Below, in pieces: positions 37,115-50,109 of a stretch of DNA of 57,395 nucleotides (within the stretch, counting starts at the first letter, position 1; the number at the start of each line of letters is the position of its first letter). A program made the position numbers and the translations under genes. Source of the DNA: Octopus bimaculoides (taxonomy: Eukaryota); NCBI RefSeq assembly GCF_001194135.2, contig NC_068982.1:146621582-146678976 (forward strand), written 5' to 3'. The notes under the pieces are model-generated. The model ran no database searches. It had not been told where the DNA came from and worked only from the letters and a program-made list of their open reading frames with translations.

Positions 37115-37360
37115 CAGTTTCTCTATATTGAGCCAAGCACGCTGCATCTAAGTGATCGCTTGATTGCTCAAAATAATAGCAACCTAATTCCCTCAAATTA
37201 CACCCTACACTCTTAAAAAAGGACAACATTATATGACTAATGTTGTCGTAGGTAAATAAATATCCCAGATGGTCATGATTGGAAGGTCTTTGACCATAGA
37301 TGCTCTCAACCATGGCTGACTAAGAGCTAAAGAACAACTATAACAACAACTTCACAATAA
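37115..37360 (-). repeat. Unclassified interspersed repeat (related fragments at ~17150-17215 and ~38865-38975)
   Basis: Shared motif ttgtttag/aac ... gtca(a/g)c(c/t)(c/a)tg(a/g)t ... at(g/t)(g/a)tcaaa ... cc(a/t)t(c/t)cc across three loci, judged by eye only. Confidence 0.4.
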
Positions 37361-37769
37361 TTGCTGGTCATTAAGCAAAAATCTATAAGGGCAACTTTCT
37401 CATCTATATGTTCTACATAATACTTGAATCTTGAAGATAAACCATGCGGAAAAAATTTTATCGTAGGCAAACGGGAGAAACAAAATTAATTTACGTATAA
37501 GAATCACTTAAGGACGCTAGCAAAATCATTCACTCGTGTGAACTCTCAGTTCAAAATAAATTAGAGAACTTAAATGGATACAAGGATGAAGTTTGGGACG
37601 AATACATATAATTGAACACATAATTAAAACTCTGTGTAGATTGTAAATGAATAATGAAGTAGTGAGTGACCTCGAAATCTAATATCTTGGTTTCTGATCT
37701 ACTGAAACTTTATTAAGTTATGCGTTTAATATTGGTTTCAATTTTTGCCAGTAAAGAACAGTAAATCAG

Positions 37770-37948
37770 GTGATGGGGTAAGTCGGTTACATCGACCCCA
37801 GTGGTCAACTGGTACTTATTTTGTCGACCCTGAAAGGGTGAAAGACGACGTCAACCTCGGCGGAATTTGTACTTAGAATGTTAAGATGGACGAAATGCCG
37901 CTAAGCATTTTGTTGGGGTTGCTAAAGATTCTGCCAGCTCGCCGCCTT
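37770..37948 (-). mobile_element. SINE family A
   Basis: atcgaccccagt ... cggcggaatttg ... ctgccagctcgccgcctt. Confidence 0.9.
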
Positions 37949-39937
37949 CTGTGCGTTTATTATTAGCAGGCTAGATTACTTGGTGTTCAGAAATGCGTTT
38001 TTGTTCATCTGCATAGGAATCTTTAATTTGAAATATTTAATTTGGAAAATTGGCAACATGGCCAATTTGTAATATCTAATTTATTAGAAAAATTTGAAAA
38101 GTTTTTCCAAAAATCTGAATTATTTAGTATAAGGACTTTTTCACTAAATTGGTGTTTCGAACACAATTTAATAAAGTATTACGTAAAATTATACTGAGAA
38201 GTTATCATCTAATTAGAAAAAAGTTAAAATGAGATACTTTGTATCCCAAAACCAGAGGTCTCAAACTGGTTGGAATCACAATGGCTTATATTAACAAACA
38301 GATGTAAGCAGGGGTCTCCATGAACCCTCAGGTTTTAGACAGTTGTACTTGTTCACACATCATCCAATTTGTTACATTAAAACTGCATACTAGCCGTACG
38401 ATATTGAATTTGGTTATGCTCTTCATTTTATGATATTAAGAGTGAACTATTGAGTCTGTACATTTCAGGTAATTTCGTTTGTCAGTTTGTCCTTCAAAAT
38501 GCGTAACTGCCTCGATAGCTTCAAGATCACTTATTCATCATTCATTTACAATCTTCATGCACTTCTTGTTTTGTGTGTAGCTCATTCATTTGTATCTATC
38601 ACAAATTCCACCTTTATATATGTGCAATTTCTTTAAATTATTTTATACTGAGAACCCATATGGTTTTATGGTTTATTGACTCTCTAACAACATTGAAGTG
38701 ATTCATATAGATTAGGTTTCCTCGATCTTGTTTACTTACTGTAAATTCTTTATCATTGATACAATTGATCTAAATGCCATACAGACGGTACAGATGGCAG
38801 AATTGCTAATAATGATTTCTCATGACCAGCAAAGTTTTGACAAATTATTGTTTTGTTTTATTGTTTAGCCTCGAGTCAACTCTGATTAGAATAATTTATA
38901 TTCAAAAGTATTCTGCACATAACCATTCCATCTATTGGTAATGTGTCCAGCATTTTTTTAAAAAGGCAGGGTTTGGTCTCTCTTAGTTGAGTTTCTTTTA
39001 TTTTCTTTTAGTTTTTGATGCTATTGGTTTCTTTCGTGGCATTTCATAGGATTTCTCTGTTTGCAGATTTGATGTGTTTGTTCAACATGTGTTTAGTATT
39101 ATTTTGATAATTATGTTAAATGTATCTCACACACACACGCACACACACACACATAATATATATACATATGTATATATATGAAATATATCTTGATGCTGTT
39201 AAAAAGTGCATTTTCTTTAATGATATCCGTACACGTGTAACTGACAATATTGATATATTTTCTTTTTAGATTTGAAACATAGCAGGTACTTATAACAGCG
39301 ACACTGGAGAGGTGTAAGTTAAAATAGTCTCGAGATGGATATGGGTTAAAGACACATAATTAAATGCCGAAAGAATATTTGATAATGTGATACACTGCTG
39401 TTTATGATATATTTATGCATTAATATTATTCGAAATATTAATGTGCATGACATTTCTGCTTGGTTCATACTGCTTTTGTAAATCAAAACGAAAAGTCTAA
39501 CAACTCGTTTTTAGTTACATTTCGTTGTAAGAAATAATCAGATTAATTAAATTTTCATGATTTTCCTTTTAATTAATTTTTAGATAGATATTGAGCGTTG
39601 CCGGAGGAAAAACACACGGTTGGTGGTCAATTTGTTGAAATAAAACCATTGTAATGTTGCTTAATTTTATTTTTCAAGCACTTTATTTGAAACGTGAATA
39701 AACACTCATTTTATATTTTATAAATTATTCGTTTTGTTCCAATAACCCACTATAATAGGAAATATCAGAAAGACATTCCAGCTCTTATAATCTAGTAAAT
39801 ACATATTGATACTTATATGTATATGATTGTGTATTCATGTATGTTAGTACGCATGTATGTATGTATATGTATATGTACGCACATGTGTGTAAACAAATGA
39901 AACTAGTACACAATTCATTTGGTCGGAGTAAAACGTA

Positions 39938-40243
39938 CGAGGTGCGTTCAAAAAGTAACCGATTTTATTTTTCCCGTCAAAACTTATGTCACGCAGGCAA
40001 AATTCTCTGGGTGAAAGGTGGCACCCATACTTCTGCGCATGCTCGATGTGTTTGTTCATCTTGCGGGAAAATGAATATCCGACGAACACGAACTGCACAT
40101 CTGTATTCTATACTTAACCAGAAACTTACGTGGCCTACCGACGCGAAAATGTTCACGCATGCGCAAAAATAAGAGAGTCACCTTCCAACCAATTGGTTCT
40201 GCACACGTAAAGATAAACTCGGATACTTTTTGAATGCATTTCG
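39938..40243. mobile_element. Tc1/mariner-type MITE (second family)
   Basis: TA|CGAGGTGCGTTCAAAAAGTAACCGA ... TCGGATACTTTTTGAATGCATTTCG|CA: imperfect 25-bp TIRs, with the right TSD mutated. Confidence 0.8.
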
Positions 40244-40384
40244 CATTTAATAAATAGCAGTTTGATTTAGCTCTATATTACTTAAACGTTTGAGTACGTG
40301 TCTTATTTGTTGTATTTTCTTAAAATATGTATCTGTATGTTTTATGACGTAGTTTATGTTTAGAAATGTATGTCAGTTTATATG

Positions 40385-40600
40385 TGAGGGGTGCTGAAAA
40401 ATTCCTGGTTTGGGGTAAAAGAAAATACAGGAGGATCAGTTAATTATGATTTTATTCAACATATTCCCTTCTCAGATTCACACACTTTTTGCAGCGGTCC
40501 TCCAGTTTTTCTAAGCCCAGTAAGAGAACTTGGAAGATTGGGCCTCCAACCAGGTCTTTCGTGATACCCTTAAAGCCAGGAACTTTTCAGCACCCACTCG
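40385..40600. mobile_element. Tc1/mariner-type MITE (family shared with 3668-3883)
   Basis: TGAGGGGTGCTGAAAAATTCCTGGTTT ... AAAGCCAGGAACTTTTCAGCACCCACTCG|TA. Confidence 0.85.
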
Positions 40601-41072
40601 TATGTTTGGGTATGTATATATGTATGCTTATTGTACAATAAGCATCCTTTCACACAAACATTATATATATTTTTTATTTATTAAAATGTTCTATTTTGTA
40701 TTTTCTGCTTTAAATCTTTGGAAACAACAAATATTCTCAAAATCAATCTGACAAACTCGAATGTTCTCATTTCACCTCTTTCTCCCTTTAAGTATAAACA
40801 TAACCCTAAATCCAAACCACAAACAATATACTCTAAACCCTTACCCTTAAATGTACCCCGAAGCTTTATCTCTAACTCTAATCCTAAACTGAATTGTTTT
40901 CTCGGGGAATTGTAATTTCCTTTGTTTAAAATGTATAATTGTATATAATTTTGCAATTAAGAAACAAACATTTGAAAAAATGCTAAAAACGTAAAAATAC
41001 AACTGGTTAAAAGCAGTTCTGACAAACAATTAAGAATGAAATCTGAAAATAATTTTCGTTTTTATTTTTGCT

Positions 41073-41244
41073 AGGCACAGGAGTGGCTGTGTGGTAAATA
41101 GCTTGCTTACCAACCACACGGTTCCCGGTTCATTCCCCTTGTGTGGTACCTTGGGCAAGTGTCTTCTACTATAGCCTCGGGTCGACCAAAGCCTTGTGAG
41201 TTGATTTGGCAGGCAGAAACTGAAAGAAGCCCGTCGTATATATG

Positions 41245-41285
<41 letters not shown>

Positions 41286-41490
41286 CTGTGTATGTCCCCC
41301 CCCCCAACATCGCTTGACAACCGATAGAGGTGTGTTTACATCCCCGTAACTTAACGGTTCGGCAAAAGTGACCGTTAGAATAAGTACTAGACTTACAAAG
41401 AATATGTCTTGGGGTCTATTTGCTCGACTAAAAGCGGTGCTCCAGCATGGCCGCAGTCAAATGACTGAAACAAGTAAAAGAGTAATAAAG
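41073..41490 (+). mobile_element. SINE family B, full length
   Basis: Reverse-complement match to 18158-18580. Confidence 0.92.
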
Positions 41491-41869
41491 AAATGTTCTA
41501 AATTAAGAAAGAAATTTTAGAAATGTTAGCCGCTGAAGGCGCTTCTTGCATAACTTCACCAGCATATATTGTCAATATATATGTGGTTCTAGTCACAAGA
41601 CTTCAAGTTCGTTCTCAATACATGGCACTTTGAGTAAATGAGTTCTGTTATAGCGTTGTGTCGACCAATGATTTGAGAATGAAGCTTAGAAGATGGAAAC
41701 TGGATCACAACAGTATGTTTGCATATATGCGCTTACGTCTGTCATTGTGCTTAAATTTATGTTTACTCTGCTTTAAAAGCGGTGTTGTTAGTTATGTCCC
41801 TAAGAAGACGAAACCCTCTTGTGATCATAATCTAATGGCTGAAACCAGGAAAGGAATGTATGCAATACA

Positions 41870-41969
<100 letters not shown>

Positions 41970-42041
41970 AACCGCAAACGCACGCCAACACACACAAATA
42001 TATAGAGAGATATCTGTATCTATAAGCACATATTAAAATGC

Positions 42042-42043
<2 letters not shown>

Positions 42044-42107
<64 letters not shown>
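42044..42107. repeat. (GATA)n microsatellite
   Basis: Direct run. Confidence 0.97.
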
Positions 42108-43693
42108 CAGAACAATAAAACAGACGAAGAGATTATATGGCCTAGCTACAATGTTTCATTACGATATTTCGTGATCACGTAACATCGCACATTCAGTTAG
42201 GGATGACATGCAGCATTCATAAGATTATGCAATGTATCATTATATAATAACCCCATGACTTTAAGCAACCATATTCCAGTCAGTTTCGGACATGTCGCTA
42301 GACCGGTAGGTTCGACAACAAATGAAGACTTAAAGCAAGGATACCAACAATTCAATATATAGAAGTGGGCGGGAGAATAATCGGCTAGTCAGAGATTGTA
42401 GGTAGTATAACTTAGGCTGTCTGAGAAAGATAAATATTCTAAGTGGAATCTTCAAACAAGAAGATTAGCATGAGATAAAATTATGATTGAATAAAACAAA
42501 TAATATTTTTTTTTAATGGAAGAAAAGTTGAATGACGTATTTTACCTTCAACTGCCTTTATTTCTACCGACTTCTTCAGAATTAGAGACTAACAGCACGA
42601 TTTCCTCCTCATACAGAGCACTGCCGAATTTAAACTGACCCCATCATTTCTTTGAAGTAATCAGCAGACTCAATCGTAAAGGGTCATATTACTAAATTTT
42701 ATCTATTTTATTGTGTAGCATTGTTATGATAGTGAGATGTACGAGTAAATAAGAATGACGCTGTCTGTTTATTTTCGTGAATTTAGTATGTACGAATGTC
42801 TATGGCATAATTACAGTGAAATAGAATGGATACATTAGTGTTGTTAAGAGAAATATAGCCAATGAATGTATTAATAAATTATACTGAAAATTGATGTATG
42901 GAGATTTCAGAAATTCTCAAAAAAACCATTTAGTGTAGAAAGATTGAGAAGTATAAAAGAAATGCACCAACCAATGAGTAGCTATAATTACAATGAAAAT
43001 AGTATTAAACGAATATAAAGAAAAATAAAATACGATAGAGTAATAATAAAACGGAAAAGATATGATTGGCAACATGTGACTCGCACAGACATAATCAAGT
43101 ATATGTGTAAATTAAGTTAATAAGATTGATAAAAGTTTTAAAATTAGTATCCAATTGATAAATATGTTTCTGTAAGTATGAATGCTGAAAAATTAGAATA
43201 ATCTTACATAACTGAATATACGAGGTTATGTCATAATAAAATAACCTAATGAAGCATCGTAGCGAGAGCATATAGTCCATTTGTCTATCATTATTATTAT
43301 ATTACGCTAAAAGTTCTACTTTATTTTGGATAGTCTTGGAATTTGCAATTTACAGGGTTCCTGGAGCTCAGAAAATATATATTAAGAGCCATTTTAAGTG
43401 AGTTACTTTGTTTAAAAGAAAAATCTTCAAACCATTTTTTGCACTGCAATGAGTTATTTTCGTTAAATTCTTTATAGACTAGAATATTGGTCTTGAGAAA
43501 AAAAGAGACAGACATGAAAGACGACTTTAAAAATATAGAAAACAATGCAGTCAAAACAGAGAGTGAAAACGAATAGTTTTGGCTGAAGTGAGTTGCGAGG
43601 GTACAGAAGGCTTATGTAGAGTTTTTTTTTTCTTCCTATTTCTAACTGCGTATCTATATATTTATATAGTGATGTGTTAACTACATATCTTTG

Positions 43694-43736
<43 letters not shown>

Positions 43737-43744
43737 TAATCACC

Positions 43745-44279
43745 ACCATCATCATCATCATTATCAGTAGCGTCATCGTTTAACGTCCGCTTTCCATGCT
43801 GGCATGGGTTGGATGGTTTGGCTGGCCAGGCAGAAGACTGCATCAGACTTCTGTATCTGTTTTGGTATGATTTTTACGGCTCGATGCCCTTCCTGACACC
43901 AACCACCCAACAGAGTAGACTGGATGCTTTTTACGCGGCACCAGCACTGGGAAGGGTCACCAAGTAACTTGCAAGACAAAAATCTTCTGAGAGGGGAAGG
44001 GTCAATTGGAGGAGGCGATCTTGTGTCAGTTGATGAATGATTAGAATGTGACAGAGCGACAGAACAGGTGTCTTGCTGCAGAGGAGGTATAAGGTTACCC
44101 GGCTAGAGAGAGGGACGGGAGATGGGAGAGGGGGGAGAGAGAAAAGGGAATAGAATGATTAAGAATGAGAGAATGAGAAGTGAAATAGGTGTACTGCTGT
44201 AGAGGAGATACGTGGTTACCCAACCAAAAGGAAGAGCAAGAGAAAGAGAGAAAGAGAGAGAGAGAGAAAGAGAGAGAAA

Positions 44280-44317
<38 letters not shown>

Positions 44318-44560
44318 TTAGAAGACAGTAAGAGTGCAAGAGAGAGCAGGAGAGAGATGGTGGCGAAGTGCCAGGGTAAACTCACCAGGGGCGGGGATCC
44401 GAATATAAATGGGATGGTAGAGTAAAGGAAGAGAGAGAGATAGATTGTGGCAAGTGCCAGGATATACCCTCAAGGTATGGAGATTATAATATAAGTGACA
44501 GGATATTGTCAAAGGAATGTGACTAGGGAGTAGAGACTTCACATGGATGCACAATGTGGG
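43745..44560 (-). mobile_element. Non-LTR retroelement-derived repeat with (GAT)n tail and internal GA-rich subrepeats
   Basis: catcatcat ... tttaacgtccgctttccatgctggcatgggttgga ... gatgcccttcct (LINE/SINE-type 3' end on the minus strand); duplicated units aggtgt(c/a)(t/c)tgctg(c/t)agagga ... ggttaccc at ~44066 and ~44187. Confidence 0.6.
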
Positions 44561-45594
44561 AGTCGGTACTGCAGTGACTGGTGAAAATCAATTTTTTTTC
44601 TCTCCGTGTNNNNNNNNNNNNNNNNNNNNNNNNNNNNNNNNNNNNNNNNNNNNNNNNNNNNNNNNNNNNNNNNNNNNNNNNNNNNNNNNNNNNNNNNNNN
44701 NNNNNNNNNNNNNNNNNNNNNNNNNNNNNTATATATATATATATATATATATATATCTTTGTGTGTGTGTATGTGTGTGTGTGTGAGTGTGTGTGTGTGT
44801 GTATAAATACATATGTCGCCCACATACGTGCGTGCGCTCACACACATATGCATACACTAGCCCACACGCACACACCCGCGCACGCATACATACAGCTTAG
44901 GAATTTTCTTGCTTTATACATTATCTACATTGTCTCAGACTTATCGATTCCTGCAAAATGTACGAAAAACGAAAATATTCTTTCGATTGTCAAAAGATGG
45001 AAACTGAATTGGTTTGTTCATGTAACGCAGCATCACGATTCGCCAGCACTAGTGAGTATGGTTGTGTATGAATAAATCTCCAATAAAGAGATAAATCCAG
45101 AAGTAGGTTGTTGAACACTATCAAGAAATGTCGAGGAAGTAGAATGTTAGAAGGCTTGAGACTGGCCAATGATATAGAAGGGTAGAGGGAAGAAATTGCG
45201 TCCCTTGCCATGATATTTATGTTTATTGATTGAGAACTATTTATGCCCTTATGATTATTTACTTGTAAACGAAAACGAATCTGTTACGATTTGCAACTAT
45301 TATTTATTCCATTTATTCGGCTGCGTTCAGTTCTTTCAAAACTTTACAATGCATCATAACTTAGCTGTGGGTTTTAGATGGGAGTTGCTTCATCTCAGCG
45401 ACAATAGCTTTATTGATGTATCACTATAACGTTTCGGTGAAGGTACGTTTTTTCATGAAGAGTGGCAAAATTTTATCCATAATTTGGATGGTTGAAGAAT
45501 CAGATATATTCTATTCGAAAAACATAAAGGAAACAAATATTTTCTAACACTCACTTTTCTTTTAAACTTTGTAGGGACCAAGTAACTTATTTTA

Positions 45595-45836
45595 AGTAAT
45601 GTTTATCGCCACTTCAACATGACTGTTCCATAGGGACCAACGTTACTAGTGTTTTAACCGCGGGAGGGCGCTTCCTCCAGCTGGTTATCGCTTCAAGCTA
45701 CACCCAATATATACAATATTTATCGGGTGCAAACTGCATCGATAGCCAGCTGGAAGAGGCGTCCTCTTCAGGTTAAACACGGTAGTAACGTCGGTCCCTA
45801 CGGAACAACCGTGTTGAAGTGGCGATAAACATTACT
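45595..45836. mobile_element. Palindromic (foldback) MITE
   Basis: agtaatgtttatcgccacttcaaca ... tgttgaagtggcgataaacattact; the arms pair over ~95 bp around a short AT-rich loop. Confidence 0.88.
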
Positions 45837-46319
45837 AGTCAGTATATTTACTACTTTTATCTCTTATAGAGATTTTCTAACAAGCTACTTTGCTTGCAAC
45901 ATATCTCAAATATATATTCATATATATTCAAATTGAATATGCATGTAAGCCATTTTATTTCGTCTAGGCCATTTTGCTTTGTCTAGGATATTTTGTTTTG
46001 TCTTGTCTTTTCTAATGTAACTATGTTATTCGGTACCCCGTATTTGGAGTTCTTAATTTCTTGTACGCGTAAAAGGCTTTCAAGATATCGAGAGGTCCAC
46101 ATAGGGTCAGTGCTGCGTCTTTACTCAAATTATCCTACTCAAATATTTAAATATAAATAGACACGTAAAAATACACATTCATATTCTTAATATGTGTGAG
46201 TGTGTGTGAGTGTGTGTGCCTTGTGAGTGTGTGTGCATGTGAGTGTGTGCATGTGCATGTGAGCGTGTGCGAAAAATTATTCGAGAATTTTCTTGCTGAC
46301 AAGATATCTAAAATTTTAC

Positions 46320-46465
46320 AAGGAATCGATTAACAGTGACTTCGAAGCCTTAGGATGATTGCCGTCGCCAGTCAGTCTGTGACGGCAAACAAGCCAAAAG
46401 CTACAAGTTGTCTGTCCTTGTTTGTCCCCTCTATGTTTAGCCCCTTGTGGTAAAAAAAAATAATA
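46320..46465 (+). mobile_element. LINE 3'-tail fragment (similar to the Tx1-like tail at 31905-31965)
   Basis: tgtctgtccttgtttgtcccctctatgtttagccccttgtggtaaaaaaaaataa versus tgtctgtctttgtatttcccacctcatccttcaccttggtggcaaataaaagaa. Confidence 0.5.
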
Positions 46466-46655
46466 AGAAACGTTAGCACGTCGAGCGAAATGTTCTGAGT
46501 TCAAATTCGTCTTTACGTTCTGAGTTCAAATTCCGTCGAGGCCGACTTTGCCTTTCATCATTTCGGGGTCGATAAATTAAGTATCATTTGCGTACTGGGA
46601 TCAATCTAATCTACTGCCCCCCGCCTCCCCCAAACTTCCGGGCCATGTTCCTAGA
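46466..46655 (+). mobile_element. SINE family A, head-truncated, with duplicated B box
   Basis: Starts at gaaacgttagcacg; ttctgagttcaaatt occurs twice (~46493 and ~46518). Confidence 0.85.
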
Positions 46656-47380
46656 GAAGAAAATAATGTGAAATGTAAGAAAACTGAAGTTGTTTATAGT
46701 ATACAGACTCCTATAAAGCTGTTGTGCATATGAAAGCACACGATATCAATTAATTCAAGTGCTAAAGCATTGTATGATAAGATAAGGTATGTCACTTATT
46801 CTTGAATACTAGTATTTAGATACGTCACGGTTCAATGGTTGCTTTTTCTTCTGTTTTTTTTCTCGAAAGAGATTTCTAAATTCATCCACTCATATATGTA
46901 TTTATTCACACACCTGTGTGTGTGTAAGTGTATAAACAGAAAAAGTTGTGTGTATACGTATGTGAATACTTGTATGTATTTGTCTATATATAACAGGTTT
47001 ACATATGCCACACCATATTTTTATACTGTTTGAACTGGGTTTTCTGTTGGATTTTCAATAAAATGTTAAATATAGATAGTTTACAAATTAGTAGATCCAG
47101 ATTGTTTTATCAGTTGTGTAGATTTGATATGTAAAAATGGGATTCGTTTGTTACTTTTCTGGAGATAGTCAAGCGATGTAAACACCTCCGACGAGATTCT
47201 AATAAGAAATGAAAATCGATTAAGTCCATTCGTAACTTTTTCAGTTTAAAGAGAAGTAGGTACGTTTGACTTGTATGAATGCCAAGTACATAGGTTTACA
47301 CACAGACACACACAGACACACAGACACACACACATACACTCACGTACACATACACACGCACACACACATACATACACACA

Positions 47381-47426
<46 letters not shown>

Positions 47427-48111
47427 TACATACACACACGTATAAGTGCTGATATGCATGTGCGTAGATGCTTGTTTTAAGATAAGAGCATCTACGAGCG
47501 GATGGATTTACAAATCCTTTTAATAGAAAAAAATGAAAAGAAAATACGCAGCCTCTGAATTACGACTGACCTAAGTGCCTAAAATGATGATACACAAGAA
47601 TAACTGGCATCCCGATTTGCGTGCATATGCACCCGCACGTACACAAAGGGAGACAGAGAGGGGGAGGGGAGAATGAGAATGTGTGTGTGAGGGAGGGAGG
47701 GAGTTAGGGAGTAAAATGGCACGAATGGCGACGAAAGGACTTTGATAAACCATCTAATTGATTGACTGATCCAGCCATCAATCAATCAATCGAATCAATT
47801 TGTATCGAGAGAAATCATAAGTTACCTCACGTAGTATGTACGATAAGCCAAGAATATATGTTTTTTTTTTTTTAATATTGATATTCCTATTTATAAGTTT
47901 ACCAGCTGAGACTTAATTCGTTCTTTAAATTTGTACAGCATGACGTTTACTTTTATAAAGTTTCGGATTTCCGTTCCTTCCATAATTGTCCGGATTTCCG
48001 TTTCTTTCATAATTGTTCGGATTATAAGAAACTGATTGATCAGTGGACTTGTAATCTTTTAAAAGTTACTTCTTGTAGTGGTAACAGGTGGTTTTCCAAG
48101 CTGTCAACAAT

Positions 48112-48169
<58 letters not shown>

Positions 48170-48522
48170 CATAATGTTGTTATTTCTATGAAATGGGTGA
48201 CTTAAACGTTTGTATCCTTTTCACTTCTACGTAGCATTCTCTACAACGTTTATGTACATGTCTTCCTTACCAATCCCCGTTTATTAAGATTTCCTTTTCA
48301 GCGTACACTTTCCCCCCATATAAAAGTGTTTATTTAATCCAAATAGTTTTTATTTTTCTATTCGTTTCAGTTACTTAAATCCGGCATGCGAAACCTCCAC
48401 ACTTGGATCACATGCGATCCTTCATAACTTTCTTGTATGACACGTGTACCGTCATGTTTATATAGCCATTAGTTTTACTCACTAAAATTCGCAAGTAAGT
48501 TTTCGATTTTACTGTTATAGGT

Positions 48523-48690
48523 GCAACCATGGTTATATGGTTAAGAAATTAGCTTAGCATCGTCGTGGTCTAAGGTTGATCTCAGGTTCGATTGCTTGGT
48601 GGTACTTTGGGTAAGAATCTTCTATTATAAAGTTAGGTCGATGAATAATATTGTGTATAATATTCGAGACAGAAATTGTGTAAGCTTGTT
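48523..48690 (+). mobile_element. Degraded SINE family B head (similar remnant at ~41590-41720)
   Basis: aggtgcaaccatggttatatggttaagaaatt ... caggttcgatt ... ggtactttgggtaagaatcttctattata. Confidence 0.55.
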
Positions 48691-48999
48691 GTACATACAT
48701 ACATACATACATACATATATACATATGTGCCCTTCCTGAAATTACATGCGTACATACATGTGCCCTTACTGAAATTTTCCGAGAAAAAGTAACTTTGGTT
48801 TTGAAGTACTCTTTCGAGGAGAGAGTATTCTCTACCAAAGTAAGTAAAAAAAACCCACCGGATACGGTATTAAAAGCTGTTAACTGTATTTACAACGGTG
48901 TGGTGAACCCATATTCTTGAAGATTAACGCCTGTCAATATGCTCTGGCTACGACTGTAAAACATTACATGTAACCAGGAAAGGTATGGCTCAAAAAGCG

Positions 49000-50101
49000 A
49001 TTTTTCACTCCAAAAGTGAAATTTTGCCACAGTTATTTCCTTAAGTATTAAAGCATAAGTGATGTTACTGAAGTAGTTTGTGGTTGGTTAGGAAGTGTTG
49101 GAATTTGCCTTCGATACATGAAGGTGTGTCCTGGGTGCCATGTATTGCTAGTGCTGTGTACGAGGTAATCCCCAGAAATCCATGGTCGAGGCTAATTGTT
49201 ACAGTGTATCAACTTACCCCAGGTATGTAACAACTTACCTCTTCTATTTCAGTTTAACACGCCATTCCTAGAAATTACAAAAGGAAGACTACAAGGGGGG
49301 ATACCCCTCCTGATGTCATGGAAAGAGCCGCCAGAAAAGTTGTGGATGAAAATAAATCATTATGGGATGTTGCCGTAAAACGGCGCATAGTGGATGAAAT
49401 AAACGAACGGAAATCCAAACCAAAGACGGCAACTGGTACAGAAAAAGCAACAAAGGGGAAGGGAAAGTCAACTAAAAGAGGTAAAGCAAAGGGAAGCAGC
49501 CTCGCAGCAAGCAAGTCGCCGATTGGAAATGCCTTGTCTGCTCAGATTGGTATTCCAACTCCCTTCCAGGTGAAGAATGGGTGCAATGCATGATCTGTAA
49601 AGACTGGGCACACACTGACTGTCCCGATGGACGACAGGACTTTCTGTGATCTTCGGTGAGAAGGACGATTCCGACTAGATGGCACATGTAACAATGGGGA
49701 AATTGGCTGATGAGGACTCTCAGTATCACAGTTAGGATATGAGGTGGTTCAAAAGCACAGTTAATTAATTAAAATAATACTTCCTAGATGCAAGAAGCAG
49801 GAGACGTATTCATTTTAAACTTGTTTGTTAACAGAATTCCGACTTATCGACAGTTGTAACAAAGTACCCCTGTAAGTGTCACAATGTGCCCCGCACTCGG
49901 GGAAAATTGTTACAGCTGACACCAACCCATTAATTAGAACCTGTCTAATTAATGTTATGTAATTTCTGTTTTTTTTCTGATGATAACAATAAATAGAGGT
50001 GTTTTACTAATTAAATCTGAAAAGAAACTTCAGCTGTGTTCATTTATGTGGGAACCAAGGGAAAAAAATGAAAACATGTAACAACTAGACCTAGTCTCCC
50101 C
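49000..50101 (+). mobile_element. pogo/Tigger-like DNA transposon, internally deleted
   Basis: (ATT for ATG)PRNYKRKTTRGDTPPDVMERAARKVVDENKSLWDVA is an HTH-psq-like N-terminus; C-terminal PHD-like CLVCSDWYSNSLPGEEWVQCMICKDWAHTDC at 49521-49620; right end gtaacaactagacctagtctcccc|TA. DDE domain absent; left TIR not found, so the left boundary is approximate. Confidence 0.8.
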
Positions 50102-50109
50102 TAAACAAA

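Noticed and set aside
39270-39313. Acceptor/donor-bounded 44-nt segment
   Set aside because: Stops in all three frames; no evidence for a non-coding exon.
42277-48494. Several further 21-65-nt AG/GT-bounded segments (~42277, ~42619, ~45032, ~45378, ~48466)
   Set aside because: Short, no recognisable homology, and phase-compatible chains can be built by chance at this density.
47985-48775. Short local duplications (28-bp unit ~47985-48040; catgtgccctt.ctgaaatt ~48725 and ~48755)
   Set aside because: Two to 2.3 copies each; ordinary slippage products.
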